The notes beneath the pieces were generated by a model. The model had not been told where the DNA came from. It worked only from the letters and a program-made list of their open reading frames with translations, and searched no databases. Both the position numbers and the translations under genes were made by a program. Below are positions 1-10,085 of a stretch of 64,000 bases of DNA, in pieces. The DNA is taken from contig CM068755.1 in NCBI GenBank assembly GCA_035084275.1, positions 13,020,001-13,084,000 of the forward strand, written 5' to 3'. Every line of letters begins with the position of its first letter. The first letter of the stretch is position 1. The stretch is from Hydrolagus colliei (taxonomy: Eukaryota).

Positions 1-110
1 AATCCACAAAACTCATGTAAATCTCATAATGTTAATGTCGCTTTGTTATTAGCATTGCACATCTCAAATGTATTCTAATTTGTTTCACCCAAGCATTCTT
101 AGTATAGAAC

Positions 111-244
111 GCAAAGCTGCTGCGTTTCACCTGCAAAATATGCAGTCAATTCACTTTACAGTATATTTTGTGAAGCGCTCTGAGACATCTCGAAGGCGTG
201 ATAAGGCGCTACATCAAATGCAAGGATTATTATTTATTCTTATT
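111..244 (+). mobile_element. DeuSINE-like SINE, 3' part (end of Deu domain plus L2-type tail)
   Basis: GCTGCTGCGTTTCACC...CAGTCAATTCACTTTACAGTATATTTTGTGAAGCGCTCTGAGACATCTCG...GATAAGGCGCTACATCAAATGCAAGG(ATT)n; the same tail recurs many times in the window. Confidence 0.85.
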
Positions 245-1162
245 GACATCAAACACAGGGACAGTGTGAGGGAAAAGTAACACCACAGGGAACAGAATGG
301 TGAAATGGCAACAGGAAGAAACCAGGCAGGCATTTAAAAGATTTTTATAGAAAGAGAAGAGAAGGAATGGAAGCAAGAGGGAAAATGAAGCGACTGTAAA
401 TTTTACACATTGCAGCAAAGGTGGGTGATGATCGTAAGATGTTACAATAAGTACACTTCAGAGAGAGACAGCGCAAATGTTTCGTCAGTTCTGATTGCCT
501 TTGCATTTACCCGGTCATGTATAATTTATAGCCCAAAATAAAATAGTTCCAGCTTGCCTGTGCTTGTTCAGCTCACTCCATAAAAGTCATATAAACCTTT
601 GGATGTGCACAGTACAATATGCAGCTTTTTTTTCCAAACTTATTGAACATATTGGCTATGCACATACATTCCCCCACCCCTCACGTTACACCTAGTTTAT
701 TCAATGCATTTATATTGTGTTATTTAAGAGAGAGAGAAGGCAGGGGAAAGGAAGGAAAACGGGCCGAGAGAGAACAAAAAAAGAAAAGAGAAGGGAGCGA
801 AAGGAAGCAAACACAGATGTTGGAGCTGAAGATTAATGAGGATTCCAACAAAACAGTTCAGCTAAAACAGGTTGTATAATTTTTTCTGCAAAAATAAAAT
901 GATTCCAGCTTCCCCGTATAATTTAGCTATAGTCTTTGTGCTTGTATAGTGCAGTTAAAGAATGCAGTCTAAAGACAGTTTTGGAAGGCTGGACAGTCGG
1001 GGGATTACGCTATCTTGAAGCAGGGAAAGAGTAACAGCCCCCCTTTCATTTTCAACACAACAATAGTTTGTGTAACGTTTGCAAATGGTCACTTCTGTCG
1101 GTGCCATACCTTTCCAGTAAAGGCAGGACCGTGGCGCTGAATGTTACATATGCATCTGTTTA

Positions 1163-1189
1163 GTGTGTGTGTCTGTGCGTGTGTGTGTG
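1163..1189. repeat. (TG)n microsatellite, imperfect
   Basis: gtgtgtgtgtctgtgcgtgtgtgtgtg. Confidence 0.9.
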
Positions 1190-1334
1190 AAAGATACATA
1201 CTGTAACTCAAAGCACCACAGGTATCCCTTCAGTTTCTGAGATCTTTGAGAATGGTGTGAAATCGTTTTCAATCTCTAGGTTTTCTTGTCATTGGTTTTA
1301 TTACTCTCCTATTTAACTTCTCCCACTTGTGTAA

Positions 1335-1630
1335 CCTGCCTGCTCCCTCTCTCAGCAGGCTCTGGCCTGCTTCATGTCCCCTACCTCGCCCGCCCCACCA
1401 TTGGCGAGCGGGCCTTCAGCTACTCAGCACCCACCCTCTGGAACTCCAACCCGCAGTCCCTCCACCTCGCACCCTTCCTTGCCTCCTTCAAGACCAATTT
1501 CAAGATCCTCTGCTTAGACTGTGCCTTCGGACCTTCCCCCCATACCCCACCCCTAGCCCTCCATTCTCCCTGAAAACAATCCCCAGCTCGGGTCTGAAAC
1601 ACTGATTGTTCCAAGCCTTAGGACGTTCTC
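1335..1630 (+). mobile_element. L2-clade LINE 3' fragment (ORF2 C-terminus plus 3' UTR)
   Basis: Translation GLLHVP...IGERAFSYSAPTLWNSNP...SFKTNFKIL..AF matches the L2 ORF2 C-terminal GxRAFS-AP-LWNxLP motif; paralogous to 9445-10085, 22730-23102 and 45738-46079. Confidence 0.88.
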
Positions 1631-4600
1631 ATTCATTTCTACCTATTGTTGTCTCTTGCTGATGTTCACCCACACCGCAATTACGTATGTGAAGCACAAA
1701 TACACAGTCACTACACTTGATAGCAGTTCTCTGTGAAATGCTTAGAAGCATTTCAACATTTTAGATTTCACATTAAATGCAAGGGTTAATATTCATCTAT
1801 CTACCACACATCTCACATTCACTTACACCCCACTCGCTACATGTTCACTCCCACATTATCTACTTAGCTCAATATGCATTTCCCCCTATCTCTATCTCTT
1901 ATATTATTACATTGATGAGTATTCTCCATCTCACAAACATCTTGCGCAATTTCAGCTACTCTCTGACACAATTGACATTCCTGTCTGTCTCTTCTGCATC
2001 AAAAATACATCTGCGTTAATATTCTTTTGTCAACCTATCAACCATCTTCCCAGTTAATAACAACTATTCAGATCAATATCAGTCTATCGTTTAAATGACT
2101 GGTAGGATTTCACTGCAATCCACCCAATATCACAGTCATGAGAATGACAAAGTTGCTACGCAGGAAGACACAGTTGATATAAAGGTATGACTCAACCAAT
2201 TAAGCAAGAAACCAAGTCAATTTCAGAAATTGATACAGTATCTACAACCAGAAATGTGCTTCAAATATGTGTATCTTTATAGATGTCCCTATCCTTATAT
2301 ATACAACCTGCTAATAATCGTAGTGGTGAGGCGATAGCCATTTAAATACAGGAAGATGAAGTCAGTGTCTTGCCATACCTAAGGTTCAAAATAGTTTAGT
2401 TGAATATAACACTGGCTTAGCTCGGGATCAAGTCTACTTTTGTACAGAGTGGGGATGTAAGCTTCAACAATGAAGTACAATCCCGCAGCATCGCTCTGTT
2501 ATGCTGGGTTTGTTTCTTTTCAGGCAAATTCATAACTTAACTGAAGAATCAGTGCAGGAATCTGCATTGGTGGCATTTGGCCCAGATAGTGTAATTTATC
2601 CAATCCCTTTTTAAGCATTATAGCTAAACTGCTAGGATTCTCTGCAGGCGAGTTTAATCCCTGCTGTTATTTGCAAAATGCATGAGATCACAATAGATGG
2701 TTGAATTGGTAAGGCTGTGTTTAAATGTTCTTCAATACATTATAGGAGAGTGCACTCTTGGGTTTAAAAAAAATCACTGTTATGCTGAGAGTGTATATTG
2801 AATATACTGTACATCTTTGATCATATTACAGGCATTCAAAAGAAGAAACTCAATGCAAATTTAGTCTAACTTTCCCCCCATTTCCAGAGTGTCTGCAGCT
2901 TTTAAAATGTGTCATGAATATGCCTGCGTTCACTCTTCAGATTTGCACTAAGATGCTGTCTGTCATGCTTTTTATCGGATTGAGTGAAAGTTTGCATGAT
3001 AGTGGCTTGCTCGATAAATTCTCTCACTCTGAAAGTTAATTTTCCAGATAAATATGTTATAAAGTTTTGGGAACAAGAAAATAACCAAGTACAGTACTGT
3101 ACTTTGAATCTGTAAAACAATGATCAGGTAGCTTCTCACATTGATTTGATGTCTGATGTATAAGATGTCATTCATTGGCACATTACACTCTTCTTTCCTT
3201 GTTTTACATTTGCGCTGAAATGTACAAGATTAGCCGAGTGGAATCCCAGGAACAAATTCTTAAAGCCTCCTTTAACAAAGTAGGGAAGGAGAATAAATTC
3301 TTCCCTAAAGATAGTAAACAACCTTTCCTCCTTTCTGTCTTTACTAACGAAAAAAAGGTCATGCTAACTAATATCTGAATTAATTAATAATTAATTGATT
3401 ATTTTTTAAATAAATTTTTAACGTGCAATTGTTATACCCCTGCTTTTATCTTTGTTTAAAATATATATCTATTTGTTGATATATATTTAGAATTGTCTCA
3501 GATAGTGGTACTGTGACCTGCACTTTGCTGAACGGACCACAGGCTTCGGGGTTCTGCCATCCTTTGCAGGACACACTTACAAATGAGGTTGTGTACCCCC
3601 CCTTCCCTATCCCTCCCTTCTTAGTGGGGAGTGTGGATAGGTTCACGGCACACAGGTTGTGCACATAGTTTTTTGGGGACGCTCCCTTTAAGGCAGCCCC
3701 CTATATTGTATATTTTGTTGTGAACAGCTTATCTGTGTGGGTTAAATCCTCAACTACACTCCACAGATATCTAATTTCCTGTTTCCCCTTTGCTTTGACA
3801 CAAGTGTTTGGTTACTGAACTCATTGAGGCTCTTCTGGGGAGAAAGGAATCCAATCCACAGAACCAGTACTCACATAATGTGTTTTCCAGTGTGCTTCAA
3901 TGGGCTGCAACGCAGCTTCTGAATGCCACTACATTGGCTATTAATATAAAATTACACTGTGTAATATCCATTTTTGCTAAGGTCACAATGTGGGAGGTAT
4001 TTTACCAAGTAGTCTCCTAGGGCTTTAGGAGTTCACTTACAAGGGATGTTTGCAAGCAGTGGTGGAAACATATCAAGGTTGTATTACATAGCTCTGGGTC
4101 TGAAAGCACATGTTCATGAATGCGAGCCGATATAAACTTGGGAAGAAAGCAGCTTTGTTGGACCTTGGGAAGGTCTAAAGTGGTTGCATGCCAGCTCCTC
4201 ACACACAATCTGCTTTCACCATTAAATCATTCATTACACAGCTGACTGGCACGCATGTAACTATTTCGCTGCCTCACTCGTACAAAGCTTCATCCCTTCA
4301 ACTGTGAAGAAGCCATGATGGGATAGTGGCGAAGTAGATCAGAGAAGCATGATGCTAAAAGCCTGAATAAATCCAGTATGGTACGACATAGAGAAGCTCA
4401 ATGTTACAAAAGTGTAAAGAGGTATTGTACACTTAACAACAACTTGCACACATATAGCACCCTTCAAGCAGGGTAGTGTTTCAACATTGACAATACTTGC
4501 TCCAAATATTCCTTGTGTGGACGTTTAGGTAAACGTGTGTGATGTTTTTTGGCTGGTGATTATTTTCTGAATAGAATAGAGCTTTTATACCGTGCACATA

Positions 4601-5637
4601 GCCTAAAATACAGCAGGCACTACTCGATGTTTCCTGAATCAGTTGCAATTACCAAACTCAATCATCTATGCATCATGCCTAGGTTAAATATGTCGTTCGA
4701 CAAAAATCCAGTTTCGTACATGAATTCTGCAATTATCTATTTACTGCAAATTCAAGCAGGCTATCATAAATCCAAACCAGTTGTGCTCCCACTGTAACTG
4801 TAATGAAAGGCAAGATGAGCTGCAATTGTTTTCAATTGCTATCAGACGTGGGCTGAGGACACAGAGATGGAACGCAATAAGGCTGACTGCACTCTTGAAA
4901 AACACTTACTAGTTGTACTTAAATAAAGGGCTTCAGCTACACTGGTTCTGCTCGCATCCCTGTGCTCTTTACATGGTTCGGAATACTGCTATAACATCTC
5001 ATTGCTGATGTTTATTCACCTCTGTCTTTCCATCTGAGAGCTCCAGAAGTTATTATTTTCTGGTTTCTTTCTAAGTTGACTCTTTTCCTTTTCTTTGCTC
5101 TGAGCTACATTACTTTGCTCTCCGATATCTGGGTGGGCGTTCACAAGGAATCTGAATTGCTTTCAAATTCAGACTGAAAGATATGGCTCTTTTGGAGTAT
5201 TCCACAGCAGAAACATGTTTCTAACTCATAAACCAAATATTGAATTATTCTGCATGCTTTAGGGTTAGAAGATAACCTGGCAGAACAGGAAAAGGATTCT
5301 GTAATTTTACACTTTTGGTGTCAGATATCCATTGTTCTTATTACTGATTGTATCTTGAATCATATAGTCAGTCACCTTGCCCTTGACTATTACTGCAACA
5401 AGCAAAAAGATAACATACATCATAGAAACCTGAATAACACAATCAGGTTCCTTTGTTGCTTTTGAGCTTTTATGTGGGTGAGTGAATTTATCATTCACCC
5501 ACATGTTGCTTCCAATCCAACTTAGTTGCCTGAAGTAAATAATAAAGATAACGCAGGCTATAGCTAAGCTACGGAGAGGTGCTCTGCAGATTTTCTCCAT
5601 TCCTGGCCTGGGACTTTTAATAATAGGTAAGAGGAAA

Positions 5638-6334
5638 AACATAAGAACTTAAGAATAAGGAGCAGCAGTTAGCCATTTGGCCCCTCAAGCCTGCCCCGCC
5701 ATTCAACAAGATCATGGCTGATCTCCTAATCTAACTCCACCTGCCCAGCTTATCCCCATATCTCTTAATTCTTTTATCCCTAAGAAATCTATCAATCTCA
5801 GTCTTGAATATGTACAAGGACTGAGCATCTACAGCCTTCTGGGGTAGAGAATTGCATAAATTCACTACTCTCGGAGTGAAGAAGTGTTTCCTCAACTCTG
5901 TGCAAAAAGGCTGACCCCTAATCTTAAAACGGCGATCCCTAGTTGTAGTTTCTCCAACCAGGGAAAACAGTCTCCCAATCTCTACTCTGTCATGCCTCTT
6001 AATAATCTTATAGGTTTCTATAAGATCACGTCTAATTCTTCTATATTCTAGAGAATATAGGCCTAGTTTACTCAAACCATCCTCATAGCTCAACCCCCTC
6101 ATCCCAGGAACAAACCTAGTGAACCTACGCTGCACCCCCTCTAAGGCAAGTACCAGTATATCCTTTCTTAAATAAGGAGACCAAAACTGCCCACAATATT
6201 CTGGATGCAGTCTCACCAGTCTCACAGTTGCAGCAAGACTTCCCTTCCCTTATATTCAATTTTTTTTTGTAATGAACGCCAACATGCCATTAGCCTTCCT
6301 AGTTGCTTGTTGTACCTGCATGCTACATTTTTGC
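5638..6334 (-). mobile_element. CR1 LINE 3' portion (ORF2 C-terminus plus 3' UTR), distal part
   Basis: ORF 5731-6225 LVRLHPEYCGQFWSPYLRKD..LEGVQRRFTRFVPGMRGLSYE..LGLYSLEYRR.R.DLIETYKI...FFTPRVVNLCNSLP is typical CR1 ORF2; shark-type 3' end GATCAGCCATGATCTTGTTGAATGGCGGGGCAGGCTTGAGGGGCC...TTCTTATG. Confidence 0.93.
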
Positions 6335-6887
6335 AAGAAAAACAGAAGTTGCTGGGGAAACTCAGCAGGTCAGGCAGCATCCATGGAGAAAGGAAAAGGA
6401 GTCAACGTTTCGGATCTACAACCCTACTTGTGTTTGATTGTGTGTTCACTAAAACCCGTTTCCACAGCCACATCCTTTTCCTCAGCAACTGCAACTGATC
6501 CCACATGGCTTCCGCCTTAAATTCCACCCCTCCAGCTTTCACTCCACCAGGATCACAGATACCTCCGCGAAACTCAACTCTCCTCCGATCACTGTTCTCG
6601 TCGCCTCATCAGATCCACTCTCTCCAGTATGCGACGTCATATCCATACAATCGACCTCTCCCTTCAGCAACACCGATCCAGTTTATCTGAAGACTGCCCT
6701 CGTCCTCAACTCTACTTCGTCCATCGCCTCATTCACCGCCTCAACAAAAAACAAAACACAAAACACTACAAATGCTGGTAATCTGAAACAAAAACAGAAG
6801 TTGCTGGGGAAACTCAGCAGGTCCGGCAGCATCCATGGAGAAAGGAAAAGGAGTCAACATTTCGGGTCTACAACCCTTCGTCAGTAC
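6335..6887. mobile_element. Penelope-like element fragment inserted in CR1 (two direct pseudo-LTR copies flanking an ORF N-terminal remnant)
   Basis: Direct repeats at ~6339-6425 and ~6792-6885 (AACAGAAGTTGCTGGGGAAACTCAGCAGGTC.GGCAGCATCCATGGAGAAAGG...); frameshifted peptide KTRFHSHI.FLSNC/LIPHGFRLKFHPSSF/QDHRYLRETQLSSDHCSRRLIRSTLSSMRRH; 14-bp TSD-like flanks TGCTACATTTTTGC (6321-6334) and TGCTACAGTTTTGC (6888-6901). Confidence 0.8.
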
Positions 6888-6888
6888 T
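6852..6888 (-). ncRNA. Minimal type-I hammerhead ribozyme-like core, degenerate, within the Penelope pseudo-LTR
   Basis: Minus strand AGTA-CUGACGA-A-GGGU-UGUAG-ACCC-GAAA-UGUU-GACU: CUGANGA box, stem II and GAAA box in the canonical order. Confidence 0.65.
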
Positions 6889-7240
6889 GCTACAGTTTTG
6901 CGACTGGTGTACAAGGATATCCAAATCCTTTTAACACTATCTCTCCCCTTCTAGAAAATAATCTGCTTTTCTGTTTTTCTGTATAACTTCACACTTCCCC
7001 ACATTATATTCCATCTGCCACCGTCTTGTTCACTCACTTAGCTTATCTGTATCCCGTTTCATTCTTTTTGTGTCATCCTCAGAGCTTAATCCCTCATCTA
7101 GTTTTGTATCATCTGTAAATTTAGATATTTTAGGTTCTATGTCCTGTCTAGATCATTGATATAGATTGCCAATACTGTAAATTGAGGCACAAGCACTGAT
7201 CCTTGTGGCACTCCACTAGTCACATCCTGCCTATCTGAGA
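6888..7240 (-). mobile_element. CR1 LINE continuation (RT region), proximal to the Penelope insertion
   Basis: The CR1-like sequence resumes after the TSD (TTCACACTTCCCCACATTATATTCCATCTGCCA...TTTGTATCATCTGTAAAT, antisense of a F(A/T)DDTK-like RT motif; ...GCACTGATCCTTGTGGCACTCCACT, antisense of SGVPQGSVL). Confidence 0.85.
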
Positions 7241-7455
7241 AACATTGTATCACTCACTTCAGTAAATGGCTAATGTTAGGTGAAAAAAACTTTTTTCTGA
7301 GCTTACCTAAAACCTTTCATTATGTACAATACTTCAATAAAATCCACTGAAACAAATCAGGTCATCAGGACTTTTAAGAGGATGTAAGCTTTTTAACTGA
7401 TCTATCTCTATTTATTCCCTTATTTTTCTGCATTAGTATTAAATTAACTAAAGAT

Positions 7456-7834
7456 TAATGTCCGGCGATATATCAGTTAATTTTTCAGATCGATACGCCA
7501 ATATTGGAAATTTGAATATATCGGTATGTCGAAAAATTCGGTATTAAAAAAAATGTTGGTATATCGCAAATATTGGTATATCGTGTCCGGCAATATATCA
7601 ATATATTGGTTATATCGGTATAATGCAAACTTTTTCAACTTACCTTGTCACCGGCATTGCAAACCTCCTGGGCCTAGAGCACGGAATGCGCGTGCATATC
7701 GGAATGCACGCACACATCCGAATGCACGCGCATACACAGGATAAAGAAACCTGGTGATATCGATATATCGGTATATATCGATATGAGCCCACCGATATAT
7801 CGATATCGGAAAATTTCCATATCGACGGACCCTA
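7456..7834. mobile_element. Non-autonomous hAT-type DNA transposon (MITE), copy 1
   Basis: 8-bp TSD CTAAAGAT (7448-7455 and 7835-7842); termini TAATGTCCGGCGATAT...ATATCGACGGACCCTA; many subterminal CGATAT/ATATCG motifs; homologous to 43149-43704 in reverse orientation. Confidence 0.9.
7682..7735. repeat. 18-bp tandem repeat x3 inside MITE copy 1
   Basis: cggaatgcgcgtgcatat / cggaatgcacgcacacat / ccgaatgcacgcgcatac. Confidence 0.85.
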
Positions 7835-7924
7835 CTAAAGATATAGTTTAGTTAAATAAAGTTCCTGCTAAAAGTCTGTGCATGTCCTCCTCTTGCTGGC
7901 TTGCTTACCTAATATGCTCTTCAA

Positions 7925-8200
7925 TATCTTGCTCAAGTGGTTATTGTTTATCTTTGACCTGAGACAGTCAGTGTCTCCAGGCTATGGAACCACAGTTGAC
8001 ATTACAGCCACATCTGATCCTGTCATCTATTTGCACTCACGCCTCTAAGCAGAGGACACTCTGTGGCATTCAGGAACAGTAATCCTGATTAATATTTTCA
8101 TTACTAGTGTGAGCTCTCCCACTGTCTCAATGATTGAATTTATCACACTGATGATTTCCACCCAGGTGTGTTGGCTCTCTACATAGTTTAGATAAGGGAT
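7925..8200 (-). repeat. Ancient interspersed repeat remnant (possibly SINE-like), similar to 52300-52430
   Basis: Reverse complement resembles 52331-52428 (GGATCAG...GGCTGT...CTGTGG...AGCCTG...ACT.TCT...GGTC). Confidence 0.4.
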
Positions 8201-8589
8201 GAATAGTCCAAAACATTTTTTCATTTGCACAAGATATCTTTTGTCAGCTAAAGCATCCTAATTCTACCCTTGCTATCCACCATTTGATCCAGTTTTACCA
8301 TTTTGATCATGTTCCCCTTCATTAAAGCAGCCTTGGAGCATCAGTCAAGGGTTTGTGCTTTCATTCATCATTCATTTGCATTTCCTTAAGATTTACAATT
8401 CCCACCCCAATACAGCCAATATTATCCATGTCAAAGTTGAGGAGAAAATCATAACTTTGAACCATGAAAGAAACATCCTCAAATTAGCACTGGTATCAGT
8501 CAAGGGGAGCAATTAAAGTCATTAAACCAAAGCTTGTTTATTACATGATAATGTAGAATCAGTTTACAGATCTAATAATCTCCCTTTAA

Positions 8590-8742
8590 GTAATAATGAA
8601 ATAATAATAATAATAATAATGCTATGTTTCACACACAAAATACACAGTCACACAACTTTACAATAAATCCTGTGAAGTGTTTTGATATATCTCGACAATG
8701 GGACAAGATGTTATATCAAACGTTAGGAATATTAGTATTATT
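8590..8742 (+). mobile_element. (AAT)n microsatellite followed by a SINE 3' tail
   Basis: CACAAAATACACAGTCA...CTTTACAATAAATCCTGTGAAGTGTTTTGA...TATATCAAA..AGG. Confidence 0.75.
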
Positions 8743-8916
8743 AATTGAAAGTTCACTGCACTTGCTGGCCAAACGTACCCAAATGTTAAGTGCCTGTAAC
8801 ACATTATCTGATGGACACTAGGTATTTGAAGGATATTTGCAGTGTGGCATTATGTTCCTGCCATTTTACTTCATGTTAATATTCTGCATGGAAATCAAGG
8901 CACAGATTAATAGTAT

Positions 8917-9033
8917 GTAGCAAATATACAGTCATTACACTTTACAGTATGTACCATAAAGCTTTATGAGTCATCCACCTGAGATGCTATATTGAATGTA
9001 AGGATTATTATTATGATTATTAGTATTATTATT
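8917..9033 (+). mobile_element. SINE 3' tail, degenerate
   Basis: CAAATATACAGTCATTACACTTTACAGTAT...GCTATATTGAATGTAAGG(ATT)n. Confidence 0.7.
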
Positions 9034-9444
9034 AATCTCTGCTAAATATGCATAATCAATATACGCATTCAAAATGAGAAATCTACTCCAAACCAATTCA
9101 AATGTAGGCAGGGAGTAGTTAATTATCATTAGCGGGTACTCACTGAACTTTACTGATCCGTAAAATGATACTTTTTGGAACATCGAACTGCAAGGACTTC
9201 AGACTCCTGTTATTGACCCAGTGCCAGTTTACACATCACAATGTGCTGTTATTGATTTACATTTTTTTTTACACCTCCTCTTTCCCACAGTTGGCAAGGT
9301 GAGTGATGTTATCACTCAAGCCAAGACAGTGATTCTAACCCAACAGAGTTTCCAAGGAAAGGCATGGACTCAAGTCATATGAAGGATAGTAGTGGCACTC
9401 AAGAATGGACATATCTATTTCATGACCTTGAGGCCATCACCACA

Positions 9445-10085
9445 ATAACAACATCAACAACTTGCTTTTATATAGAGCCTTCCGCGCTGGGTGACGTCTC
9501 AGAGTGCTTCACAATGGTGGAGCCCAAGGCCGAGCTAAGGGGAGGGGGAAGGTGACCGTAAGAACGGTTGAAGAGGTGCAACCTGCAGGAGGGACAGGAG
9601 GGGGTGAGGCAAAGGGGTTGAGGGAGGGAGTTCGAAAGTTTTGTGACCTAATGGCTGAAAGCACGGCCGCCGATGGTGGAGAGAAGAATTCAGCACCGGA
9701 TCCAGGAGAGAGGGTAGAGAGATAGGGAGTTGCAGAGAAGTGGAGGGATTTAAACACAAGTTAATCTGGTGTGTGACAGGGAGCCAGTGCAGTTTAGCAA
9801 GGACTGGGGTAATCGGGGTACGAAGTTTGGTGTGGGTGAGAATGCGGGTGGCAGAGTTTTGTATGAGATAGTTTTTTGTGGAGGAGGGGAGACTAGCAAG
9901 GAGGGCACTGGAATAGTCCAGCCAAGAGGTGACAAAAGTGGACCAGAGTTTCAGCAGCTTTTGGGGTAAGGTATTGGCAGGGACAGGCAATGTTGCAGAG
10001 ATGGAAGATGCTGGTGAGGGACCGGATGTGGGGGAGGAAGGATAACTGGGGATCAAACCTAATGCCTAAGTTGCACACAAGTTTG
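9445..10085 (-). mobile_element. L2-clade LINE 3' fragment
   Basis: Frameshifted peptides NLGIRFDPQLSFLPHI...LTPKAAETLVH / VTSWLDYSSALLASLP...IQNSATRILT...ITPVLAKLHWLPV; tail GTGAAGCACTCTGAGACG...GGCTCTATATAAAAGCAAG(TTG)n. Confidence 0.92.

Noticed and set aside
474-494. AAATGTTTCGTCAGTTCTG resembling a collapsed hammerhead/Penelope end
   Set aside because: Stem II is absent and the match is too short to support
520-950. Loose direct similarity between ~520-570 and ~875-945 (TATAATTT...AAAATAAAAT..TTCCAGCTT...TGTGCTTGT)
   Set aside because: Short, AT-rich and degenerate; at most an old local duplication
5731-6225. 164-aa ORF as a host gene
   Set aside because: It is the C-terminus of a truncated CR1 ORF2
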